From Promethearchaeota archaeon (GTDB lineage Archaea > Asgardarchaeota > Lokiarchaeia > Sigyniarchaeales > SOKP01), in NCBI GenBank assembly GCA_048939995.1, contig JBHLOY010000003.1:256001-320000 (forward strand): a stretch of 64,000 nt of DNA, read 5' to 3'. The notes beneath the pieces were generated by a model that saw only the letters and a list, made by a program, of their open reading frames with translations, was not told the DNA's origin and searched no databases. Positions within the stretch are counted from its first letter, which is position 1. Each line of letters starts with the position of its first letter. Below are positions 51,696-60,702 of this stretch, piece by piece. The position numbers were made by a program, and so were the translations under genes.

Positions 51696-52733
51696 GTGAA
51701 AGCAGCTTTCATTAGATCTCATGGAGAATTAGAGCAATTATCAGTTGGAGATTTAGAAATCCCAAAAATTAAACCAAATGAAGTTCTAATTGAAACAAAA
51801 TTTAGTGCTTTAAATCACATAGATCTCTTTTTAATTAAGGGTTGGCCTAGCTTAAACCTTAATTTACCTCATATTTTAGGTAGTGATGGAAGCGGAATAA
51901 TAAAAGAAATTGGATCTGCCGTCACGACTACTAAGGTTGGAGATCGGGTTACTATCAATCCCGGATTAAGTTGTGGTAAGTGTTATTATTGTCTTTCAGG
52001 TAAACAAAACTTCTGTAAACAATTTTCAATAATGGGGGAGACACAATGGGGTACATTTTCAGAATATTTTAAATTACCCGAGCACAGTGCCTTAACAATT
52101 CCGAAAAAGTTTTCTTTTGAACTCGCTGCTGCTGCTCCTCTAACTTTTTTAACCGCTTGGAGAGCATTAACAACTCAAGCTAATTTAAAGCGAGAAAATA
52201 TTATATTAATTCATGGTGCGGGAGGTGGAGTATCTACAGCTGCAATTCAAATCGCAAAATATTTAGGTGCAATTGTAATTACCACTACCAGCAGTGCAAA
52301 TAAAGTGAAAAGAGCAGAAAAGATAGGTGCGGATTATGTCTTTAATTATAAAGAAGACCCTAATTTCGGTAAAACTATTTACAATGAGATAACTAATAAA
52401 AAAGGAGTAGATGTAATTCTCGATAGTGTGGGAAAAGATACTTTCCAAAGTAGTTTAAGGTTATTACGTCCAGGTGGAACTTTGGTAACCCCCGGTGCTA
52501 CAACTGGAGCGATACTAGAAATTGATATCAGACAGATATTTTGGAAACAGATAAAAGTAATCGGAACAACCATGAGTAATCAGGCAGAATTCCGAGATGT
52601 AATGAATCTAATTTTTCAAAACAAATTAAATCCAGTTGTAGATAAAATTTTCCCATTGAATGAAGTTAGAGACGCTGAAGCCTATTTAAAAGAGGGAAAA
52701 CAATTCGGGAAAGTCCTTCTAGAAATACAATAA
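51696..52733 (+). CDS. Zinc-binding MDR dehydrogenase / quinone oxidoreductase
   Basis: ALNHID, LGSDGSG, CGKCYYC..C, HGAGGGV, GKQFGKVLL. Confidence 0.92.
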   Translation: MKAAFIRSHGELEQLSVGDLEIPKIKPNEVLIETKFSALNHIDLFLIKGWPSLNLNLPHILGSDGSGIIKEIGSAVTTTKVGDRVTINPGLSCGKCYYCLSGKQNFCKQFSIMGETQWGTFSEYFKLPEHSALTIPKKFSFELAAAAPLTFLTAWRALTTQANLKRENIILIHGAGGGVSTAAIQIAKYLGAIVITTTSSANKVKRAEKIGADYVFNYKEDPNFGKTIYNEITNKKGVDVILDSVGKDTFQSSLRLLRPGGTLVTPGATTGAILEIDIRQIFWKQIKVIGTTMSNQAEFRDVMNLIFQNKLNPVVDKIFPLNEVRDAEAYLKEGKQFGKVLLEIQ

Positions 52734-52767
52734 CTATGTAAAAAGAATTAAAAAAATTGAATTAATT

Positions 52768-53658
52768 ATGGTAAGTACTATGACTAAAATTGCAATTGTA
52801 GCTACAAAAGATCGTGTTTATGGTGTCAATAAATCTATTGAGTTACTTGGAATCAATCCTGTGAAAGGGAAAAATGTCATTTTTAAACCAAATTTTAATA
52901 CTGCTGATCCTCCCCCTGCATCAAGTTCCATGGAAACTATTAAGCAACTTATTATTAAACTAAAAGATATGGGCGCAAAAACAATCACAGTAGCAGAGAG
53001 GAGTGGCCCCGCTGATACAGCTAAGACGTTTGAGAAAAAAGGTTTATATCAATTAGCAAAAGAACTAGATTTTGGGATTATTAACTTATCTGAGCTCCCC
53101 TTTGAAGGTTATATTCTCAAAAGACCTGATGAGAGTCATTGGAGAGATGGATTCCTTTTTGCTAAGATTTATAATGATGCTGAATGTATTGTAGAAACAT
53201 GCTGTTTGAAAACCCATATGTATGGAGGACACTTTACTCTATCTCTAAAAAATGCGGTAGGTTTAGTCCCTAAGAAATGTATGTCTGAGTTGCATGCATC
53301 ACGACATCAAAGGAAAATGATCGCCGAAATTAATACTGTGTACAAACCTGATCTTATTGTTATGGATGGAGTTATTGCTTTTGTAGATCGTGGACCAATG
53401 GACGGTACCAGAAAAGAGGCAAATGTTTTTATTGCAGGTACAGATAAAATTGCTATTGATGCTATTGGAGTTGCTATATTGCGAATTTTAGGCACCACTC
53501 CAGAAGTATCCAAAGGATCAATTTTTGACCAGGACCAAATCAAACGAGCAATAGAATTGGGAATTGGTATAACATCACCTAAGGGTATAGAATTTATAAC
53601 TGACTCTAAAGACGCTGAACAATTAGTAGCAAAGATTAAAGAAAAACTAGCAGAATAA
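52768..53658 (+). CDS. DUF362 protein
   Basis: KPNFN, LKTH, TLSLKNAVG, DKIAIDA. Confidence 0.88.
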   Translation: MVSTMTKIAIVATKDRVYGVNKSIELLGINPVKGKNVIFKPNFNTADPPPASSSMETIKQLIIKLKDMGAKTITVAERSGPADTAKTFEKKGLYQLAKELDFGIINLSELPFEGYILKRPDESHWRDGFLFAKIYNDAECIVETCCLKTHMYGGHFTLSLKNAVGLVPKKCMSELHASRHQRKMIAEINTVYKPDLIVMDGVIAFVDRGPMDGTRKEANVFIAGTDKIAIDAIGVAILRILGTTPEVSKGSIFDQDQIKRAIELGIGITSPKGIEFITDSKDAEQLVAKIKEKLAE

Positions 53659-53783
53659 TATATCTAAATAATCTATAAGTCCTTTTTTCTTATTTTGTTT
53701 CTTTATTTGAGTTTTACAAAGATTTTTATACCTGATTTTCTATAAGTTCTCACAAGGGCTGTATAATAGAATGAACCTTATTT

Positions 53784-53990
53784 ATGAGGGTAGGAGAAAT
53801 GAAAAAATTATTTGGTATAATTTTCATAACCATAATTTGTATAGCCGACATATCTTGGATTTTTTATGATTTATTTATACGAAAGAGTGATCCTTGGTAT
53901 GCAATATTATTCATTGTTGTATTTGGAGTTATGTTGATTGGATATCATTATTTAGGATCTCCCTTTAGAGAGAATAGACCTTTATACTAA
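53784..53990 (+). CDS. Small 2-TM protein (start may be 53799)
   Basis: Two hydrophobic helices. Confidence 0.55.
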   Translation: MRVGEMKKLFGIIFITIICIADISWIFYDLFIRKSDPWYAILFIVVFGVMLIGYHYLGSPFRENRPLY

Positions 53991-54030
53991 AATACTTATA
54001 GAAAGCCAGCATTAATGGGAGAAACAAACT

Positions 54031-54693
54031 TTGAGCAGTTACTATTCTAAAACACTTAATGCTGAAAAACTTGAATTATGTTACGAAATTGCTCCTCAAA
54101 GAGTTCAGCAATATCTTCAAGAAGAGATAAATTACGTTTTAGAAAGAGTCTCTGCAACAGATATTGTATTAGATCTAGGATGTGGCTATGGGCGTATTAT
54201 TCCTCAGCTTAAACAAAAAGCCAGGAGTGTAGTCGGAATAGATATAAGCCTAAACAACTTAATTTATGGTTTACCAAATGTATATAATTGTAATGTGTCA
54301 AACATGAATGCTATAAATCTTGGGTTTCGAGATCATGTATTTGATTTAGTGATCTGCATTCAAAATGGGATATCCGCATTTCAAGTGAATAAACGAAGGT
54401 TAATCCAAGAGACAATACGTATAACTAAACCTGGTGGAAAAATATTCTATTCGACTTATTCTGATAAATTTTGGAAGTATCGATTTAATTGGTTTGAACT
54501 CCAGTCAGAAGTAGGACTATTGGGTGAGATAGACTATCAAAAATCTAAGGACGGTAAGATAATTTGCAAAGATGGATTTAAAGCAACAACCATAACACCA
54601 AAGCAATTTCTTTCAATCGTAAAAGGACTCAACATAGATGTAAAGATCTCAGAAATAGATGAATCAAGTTTATTTTATGAGATTTCAGCCTAA
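54031..54693 (+). CDS. Class I SAM-dependent methyltransferase
   Basis: VLDLGCGYGR, GIDIS, FDLV, KPGG. Confidence 0.9.
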   Translation: MSSYYSKTLNAEKLELCYEIAPQRVQQYLQEEINYVLERVSATDIVLDLGCGYGRIIPQLKQKARSVVGIDISLNNLIYGLPNVYNCNVSNMNAINLGFRDHVFDLVICIQNGISAFQVNKRRLIQETIRITKPGGKIFYSTYSDKFWKYRFNWFELQSEVGLLGEIDYQKSKDGKIICKDGFKATTITPKQFLSIVKGLNIDVKISEIDESSLFYEISA

Positions 54694-54709
54694 TCTTTAC
54701 TAAGATTTT

Positions 54710-55104
54710 TCAGATCCAACCAATCTCTTTATATTTTGTAATACCAAATTTTAGGATATGTTTAATTTCTGTGAGAATTTGAGGCTTAAACCTACTTATA
54801 TTAAAACATGATTTACCTTTAAGCAGTGGTCTTAAATCAGAACTAATATCTTTAAATATGTCCGGATGAGAGTAGATTGGTGAAAAATAAAAACTCACAT
54901 AATTTTTTTGTTGAATAACACCCGCTAAATAAGTTGCTTGAGGTTTTTTTCCAAATAAGCTAACTTCCTTTTTTTCATATAAGTGGTATCCAGTTTTTTT
55001 GTTTTAGCTTGTGAACCAACATATTCATCCCTAGCTGAAAAGTTAGCTGAGTATTTTTCCAGGATGTTTTTAATCTGGATAAATATGACTCCAAGATTTT
55101 CCAT
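54710..55104 (-). pseudogene. DUF1801-like gene with a frameshift in an A-tract near 54990-55005
   Basis: MENLGVIFIQIKNILEKYS...GSQAK then a frame change to GYHLYEKK...QQKNYVSFYFSPIY...LLKGKSCFN; span of 395 nt is not a multiple of 3. Confidence 0.65.
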
Positions 55105-55233
55105 ATTTTAAAGCGAAAATGGATTACTTTATAACTTTATCATTTTGAAAATCAAAGCAAAAATCGGTCTCTATAAAATCTTTATATTGAAGATAATTCT
55201 AAAAAATTAAGAAAAGTTTTTCATTTCCATATT

Positions 55234-55294
55234 TTAAGAGAGGGTATTGGATTGGTCTTTTATTAACTTCTTCTTTAATTTTTCCCTCCCTTAA
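55234..55294. repeat. Hairpin-forming intergenic element, copy 2
   Basis: ttaagagaggg...ccctcccttaa. Confidence 0.75.
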
Positions 55295-55308
55295 TTTAAT
55301 TCTTTAAC

Positions 55309-55659
55309 TCAAGTGTACATCCCATCTGGTGGAGGTTTGTAATACATATTTCTATAACTTCTACCGAATAAAAGTCTTAAAATTTCTTGTATCCGTAAAA
55401 AGTCATAATTTCCAAAAATATCGCTCATATCAATGTTTCGAGGGTCAAAACCTGCTTGATCATAGATTTGCCGCTTTATAGGGTCACTCAAGATATCGTA
55501 TGCCTCTTTTAATTCTATGAATTTATCCTTAGCTTTCGGATCTTTATTAAGATCTGGATGATATTTTTTTGCTAATTTTCGATATGCTATTTTAATTTCA
55601 CTTTCAGTAGCCTCTTTTTCAACACCAAGAATTTTATAATAATCTGCTTTTTTGTTCAT
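55309..55659 (-). CDS. Short J-domain protein
   Basis: [32 protein letters not shown]; no zinc finger or substrate-binding domain. Confidence 0.92.
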   Translation of the reverse strand: MNKKADYYKILGVEKEATESEIKIAYRKLAKKYHPDLNKDPKAKDKFIELKEAYDILSDPIKRQIYDQAGFDPRNIDMSDIFGNYDFLRIQEILRLLFGRSYRNMYYKPPPDGMYT

Positions 55660-55798
55660 GAAAGTAATCCTAAAAAATATTTTATTTTTTGATAATCAAG
55701 GAAATTAGGAAATAAATAATTGATCATAAAATTATATAGAAAATTAACAACTTGGATTTTAAATTAAAAGATAAATCTAGTTAAGGATTATAAATTAG

Positions 55799-56128
55799 TC
55801 AAAATAATAAATCAAGAGATATATCCTCAGGAGAAACAACAAATAGTAACTTTTTATTACTTAACCAATATCCTATTAGATAACCTTCTGAGCTTTTAAT
55901 CGTCAGTTGCTTAAAATTACCATTGTTCGTTTCGGAAACTATTCTTCTAGCAGCAGATAAAATCGCAAGTGCTATTCCCGCAATTTTTACATGTTCAATT
56001 TCTTGAGAAAGAGTTGAATTAAGAGGCATCCCCTCATTTGAAACAATTAATGCCTCTTTTATTTCAGGAAATTTTAAATATAATTTTTTCAAAATTTTTC
56101 GATGGGAACGAGCTTGAAACAACCTCAT
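55799..56128 (-). CDS. Roadblock/LC7 domain protein
   Basis: IKEALIVSNEGMPL.S, QLTIKSSEGYLI. Confidence 0.85.
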   Translation of the reverse strand: MRLFQARSHRKILKKLYLKFPEIKEALIVSNEGMPLNSTLSQEIEHVKIAGIALAILSAARRIVSETNNGNFKQLTIKSSEGYLIGYWLSNKKLLFVVSPEDISLDLLF

Positions 56129-56257
56129 TTCTAGCAGATACGGTTTTTATCTTTACTTTTTGTTTCTTCTTACATCTTAAATACGCTAACTATTATTATA
56201 AAACTTACTGATGCTTAATTATTTGATTAACAATTTAATTTTAGTTGAAAAGTTAAT

Positions 56258-56914
56258 TTAAAATCTAAATGACACCTTGAATGGAAGATCGTGAAAAATC
56301 TCTTTAAGTTTGGTCTTAAATTCATCAGAGACTGACTCTAAATCTTTACCTGTAAAAACATTTACTGAAAAATGATCTGGGGTAATCTCTAGTAAATATT
56401 TCTTCAAGTCTCGAACTGTATCTAAATCATCATTTACTCCCTTGAAAAACATAGTATAAATTCTAAAATTCCCTTTAAATTCTTTTCTAAAAATTCTAAT
56501 TCCCTTTAAAATTTCTTGAACGTTAAAGAAATCAAAACAAATGCAAGATTTATGAAAATTCGAAGGAGTAACAGAATTTAAGTTAATTACTATTAAATCA
56601 CATATCAAAAGTGCCTTTCGCACTTTTTCATAATTAAAAAGAGAACAATTAATATAAACTCCCATTTTCTGATTCGGAAAACTCTCCTTAATCTTATTAA
56701 GTAAGCGATTGAATCCAAAAAATAGGTTGATATCATTAATGCCTTTTAACCAGATGTAATCGGGACTTTCCTTTTTAAGAAAATAATCCTTTAACTCACT
56801 AAATATCTCTTCAGTGGGATAATACGGAATCTGATTATCAACATAATCAAAATCTACCGGTAAAACCTTCCCAAATTTAGAACTTGTTTGGAGTTCTTTT
56901 AAATGCAGATACAA
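56258..56914 (-). CDS. Radical-SAM-fold protein lacking CxxxCxxC, module copy 2
   Basis: Aligns by eye with 36581-37297 (SKFGKVL, YP..IF.E, GI..FRK.FKG, GVND, DLPFKV) but lacks the cluster loop. Confidence 0.82.
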   Translation of the reverse strand: MYLHLKELQTSSKFGKVLPVDFDYVDNQIPYYPTEEIFSELKDYFLKKESPDYIWLKGINDINLFFGFNRLLNKIKESFPNQKMGVYINCSLFNYEKVRKALLICDLIVINLNSVTPSNFHKSCICFDFFNVQEILKGIRIFRKEFKGNFRIYTMFFKGVNDDLDTVRDLKKYLLEITPDHFSVNVFTGKDLESVSDEFKTKLKEIFHDLPFKVSFRF

Positions 56915-56950
56915 TTCATCACCAGTGCTAAAAATAATTCTTTAGAAGTT

Positions 56951-59917
56951 TCAATCTTCAGATTTTTTATCGTACAAATCTTTATGAAATGAACTCATTA
57001 TTTCTGCCATCTTTTCCATTTTTTTAATCGATTTTTGTGCTTCCTCAATATTTCCAAGCTTTTCATGGCATATACTCATTTTACGATAAGTATCAGATAT
57101 ATACCATGCTGTAGGATTAATTCTTTCAGCCTCTCGTAGTTTTTCTAGTGCTTCTTCATACTTTCCTGATTCAATTAAAAGTTCTGCATACGTATCATAG
57201 GAATTCCCATCTTCAGGATCGCAACTTATTAATGTCTCTGCTGCTTCAAATGCTTCATTCATCCTATTTAATCTTAATAACATATATGCCCTATTATTCA
57301 AAAGTTCTTTATTATCTGGAAATTGTTTTAAAATTTCGTCTATATGATTTAATCCCTTATTGTAATCTTGAAGTTTATAATATATTAATGATTCTAATTT
57401 ACCTATACAATATCTTTGTTCTGGAAATTTATTGGTAATAGATTGACTTATTCCTATAGCTTCTTTATCTTTACCAAGTGACATCATGAGTAAGACTTTA
57501 GTTTTATAAAAATCAAAATCCATTGGATTTAACTTTATAGCTTCTTCAATAGCATTCAAAGCTTCTTCATTTAATCCCAGATCTCGCAATATAAAAGCCT
57601 CAGATTGTAGATAAAGTGCTTTCTTAAAATTAATCTTTTCAATATTTAAAGCATTATTGATACTCTCTTTAAAGTCATCAATAGTCAGATCATTTAATTC
57701 ACCACTATATATCAATGAATAACCAAAAACAAGGGCTTTTGAAAGGTAAGATATAGAATAATCTTGATACTTAATTTGGCTGATATTGGCAAAATCTAAC
57801 GCTTCCTTGAATCTATTACGAGCAATATATGAATACACTAAAATTAATATCGTAGAAGTATCTATTAGAGGATTTAATCCCCAAGGGTCAATAACAAAAT
57901 TTAATTCCTCTTTAATTATCTTTTCTGCCTCTCTATACTTCTTTGTAATACATAATATCAAAGCTTTTAGGATTAAAAGCTCTTTATCCAATGGTTTTAA
58001 TTTAATTGCATTATTTATCACTTCAAGAGGTTCTTTAGGTGATCTTGTACAAACACCTTCTGTGCAAACTATGGCTAAAAATTTTGTTCTTAATAGAAGA
58101 ATATTGTTTGGGAACTCAGAAATGGCTTTATTAATTACTTTGAGACCTTCAAGTTCTTGATCTTTTTTTATTAAAATTTGAGCTTTTTGGGCTATTAATG
58201 AAATATTAAACGCATTCTGAATCCCTTCTTCAACTACTTTTAATGACTTGTCTAAGAAATCCATTAAAAAGTAAGTCATTGACTGTAATAAATAGCCAAT
58301 ATAATTTTGTGGAAATTCTTGGATTATATGGTTTGTTATTTCAATTGATTCTTCGAATCTATGACCTACTGTTTTAATAATATCATTAACTACCAAACTT
58401 TCTATCTTGTCTAAATTCTGACTTTTATCATTAAATAGATTAAAAGCTTCATTAATCTTCCCATTTTTAAGCATTTGTATAATTTGACTAACAAATTCAC
58501 GATTTGATGCTTTAAAACCCTCTATGGTTTCAATATACTCAATATAATTCAATTTGCTTAAATAGAATAGATCCATTGATTCGAAAATTTGATAATACAA
58601 TGTATAATTCAATTCAGGCTCTTTCTCTAGAGTATTAGAAGCCTTAGAAGAAAAGGTCTCAAACTCTGCCGAAATTGTCTGCCAGATAAGACTTTCTAAT
58701 TTAGTCTCATCAGTTATTAACTTCTTTTCAGTTTCAATCTTGTATGCTAAATATTTTATATAGTTCGGTAAAAATTTCCTTAGAGTATCCTTTAAATTAT
58801 CATGAAATAAGTGATTACAAATTTCACTTAAGATATTTTCAATTATATTTGAAATGGTTAATGCTGGTGCCTTTTTGTTTGTATTCTCATATAAATTATT
58901 CAAATAGGTATATCGAGTTATATAATCATCTACAATTGCTCTTAAAACTCTCTCAATTTTTTCGTTCACTTGGAAATAATACACTTTATTAGGTGAAACC
59001 TCTAATTTGAAGAACTTTATTTCATAAAATTCTTCTTCCACTATTTTATCTATGAAGAAATTCAACGTCGTTTTCTTTAAATTAAAATCACTAGAAAATC
59101 TTTCAGGTGAAATATAATCTGGATATTGATTTGGATGATTTATTGATAAAAATAATAAGATTTTGTTAAAATCTTCTTCCTCTTCCAATAGGGTCTCTAC
59201 TCGAGAATAGTTTAATTTCAATACATTATTGAGAAATCTAAACTTAATTCTATCATCCTCTATTCCATATTCTTCAAAAAATTGGGTGCTAAATTTGGTA
59301 AATTCTTGAATATGCTTACTCTCTTCTTCTAATATTGATTGACGGTCTAATTCATATTCTCTTAGAACGTTAAAATATTCTGACTTACCCAATGGAGTTA
59401 TTTTATACTCTCTATTTTCATTAATAACAAAACCATTATCCATTAAGTAATTTAGAGCTCTCGATAATGAAGATTGATTTATTTTATAGAGGATTTCTTC
59501 AAATCTAATATCTTCTAAAAAGTCGGACCATTTACAAGCTTCATTATTATAAAGCATCCATAAAATCCAATGATTATATTCCCTTCTCTTTAATATAACT
59601 TGGGGAGGGTAATTTAGCCCTTTAGGGCCCTCTCTTCCATATTGTGTTAATTCCTTATATCTTTCTATACCTTCCTGAGTAATCTTATAATAATTACGTT
59701 CAGGCTTAATTATAAATCCTTTACCAATAAGCTTATCTAAATTCTGCGATAACGTTGAAGCAGGAATCTCGAGATTATCATCTGAATCATCAGTAAAATT
59801 AGACCATTCACAATGATCCTTTCCGTAAAGATTATCACTATTATATAATTTCCAAAGAATAATATATTCTGCAGAATTATTTGCGATTTTTGCAATCTGA
59901 ATTTTGGTTTTACTCAT
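56951..59917 (-). CDS. Tandem winged-helix + TPR protein, module copy 2
   Basis: Shares LNYPP, HWILWMLYNN..CKWSDFL, LDRQSILEEESK, KFRFLNNVLK, EKIERVLRAIVDDY with copy 1; long TPR C-terminus. Confidence 0.9.
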   Translation of the reverse strand: MSKTKIQIAKIANNSAEYIILWKLYNSDNLYGKDHCEWSNFTDDSDDNLEIPASTLSQNLDKLIGKGFIIKPERNYYKITQEGIERYKELTQYGREGPKGLNYPPQVILKRREYNHWILWMLYNNEACKWSDFLEDIRFEEILYKINQSSLSRALNYLMDNGFVINENREYKITPLGKSEYFNVLREYELDRQSILEEESKHIQEFTKFSTQFFEEYGIEDDRIKFRFLNNVLKLNYSRVETLLEEEEDFNKILLFLSINHPNQYPDYISPERFSSDFNLKKTTLNFFIDKIVEEEFYEIKFFKLEVSPNKVYYFQVNEKIERVLRAIVDDYITRYTYLNNLYENTNKKAPALTISNIIENILSEICNHLFHDNLKDTLRKFLPNYIKYLAYKIETEKKLITDETKLESLIWQTISAEFETFSSKASNTLEKEPELNYTLYYQIFESMDLFYLSKLNYIEYIETIEGFKASNREFVSQIIQMLKNGKINEAFNLFNDKSQNLDKIESLVVNDIIKTVGHRFEESIEITNHIIQEFPQNYIGYLLQSMTYFLMDFLDKSLKVVEEGIQNAFNISLIAQKAQILIKKDQELEGLKVINKAISEFPNNILLLRTKFLAIVCTEGVCTRSPKEPLEVINNAIKLKPLDKELLILKALILCITKKYREAEKIIKEELNFVIDPWGLNPLIDTSTILILVYSYIARNRFKEALDFANISQIKYQDYSISYLSKALVFGYSLIYSGELNDLTIDDFKESINNALNIEKINFKKALYLQSEAFILRDLGLNEEALNAIEEAIKLNPMDFDFYKTKVLLMMSLGKDKEAIGISQSITNKFPEQRYCIGKLESLIYYKLQDYNKGLNHIDEILKQFPDNKELLNNRAYMLLRLNRMNEAFEAAETLISCDPEDGNSYDTYAELLIESGKYEEALEKLREAERINPTAWYISDTYRKMSICHEKLGNIEEAQKSIKKMEKMAEIMSSFHKDLYDKKSED

Positions 59918-60159
59918 AATTTGATTATTTTGCCTATGTTTCTCACTTAATTAATTTAAATATGAACTTCTATTTATATTTTATAGTCCGTTACTTCGTT
60001 CCAAACTATCCCGAACAAATGTACTCCGATCAGAAGTACGCATAAATAAACTAAATATAGAAGTATTTCTTAACTTTTAATAAGTGAAAAGAAGGATTTC
60101 TAAAAAAAAATAGTCTCCCAAAGAAAAGAACAATTCAAATTAGTGAGTGGAAAGAAAAA

Positions 60160-60528
60160 ATGAGCCAAAATGTCGCGATATCAAGATATACAGATTCATT
60201 AGCAGCTGTTGAAACCATTCTTGAAGATTATTGGAAACCTAAAATTATCCCTCTTGAAAGTTTGGAACAGAAGCCTAAAACTAAAGAAAATCTGCATGAT
60301 ACGATTGCGGCTCAAAAAAGTCTTACGTACACTATTACGTTAAATGTGACTATTTTAGTGAGTTCAATTGGAGGGCTCTTACTGTTGATAACAATTAGCC
60401 CGTTATTAATACCCTTTAATATAATAATAATAATGGCATTTGCATTGGTCCAAGCTTTAGTTATAATAAAAAGCGAGACTGAATGTATTATGAAAAAAAT
60501 TAAGAAGAGGATGAGTAGGACAAAATGA
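60160..60528 (+). CDS. 122-aa 2-TM protein divergent from wH-TPR copy 2
   Basis: Polar N-terminus, two TM helices, basic tail. Confidence 0.7.
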   Translation: MSQNVAISRYTDSLAAVETILEDYWKPKIIPLESLEQKPKTKENLHDTIAAQKSLTYTITLNVTILVSSIGGLLLLITISPLLIPFNIIIIMAFALVQALVIIKSETECIMKKIKKRMSRTK

Positions 60529-60653
60529 ATGAAAATAGTAAGGATGTCTTATATAAGGTCACTTATGGCGTTATAACTCTTGCTACTATTGTTATAGCCG
60601 TCTATAGTTTAATATTTTTTATTGATTCATTAATGATTGCTTTTTCAAGTTAA
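60525..60653 (+). CDS. 42-aa single-TM peptide
   Basis: MNENSKDVLYKVTYGVITLATIVIAVYSLIFFIDSLMIAFSS; ATGA overlap with the upstream stop. Confidence 0.55.
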   Translation: MNENSKDVLYKVTYGVITLATIVIAVYSLIFFIDSLMIAFSS

Positions 60654-60702
60654 ATTCTTTTCCAGATCCGTATTTTAACAGGCCACCTGAGTGAGGGAAA
60701 CC

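Noticed and set aside
54985-55010. Programmed frameshift in the DUF1801-like gene
   Set aside because: A single-base loss in an A-tract is more simply explained by decay or a sequencing error; no stimulatory structure seen.
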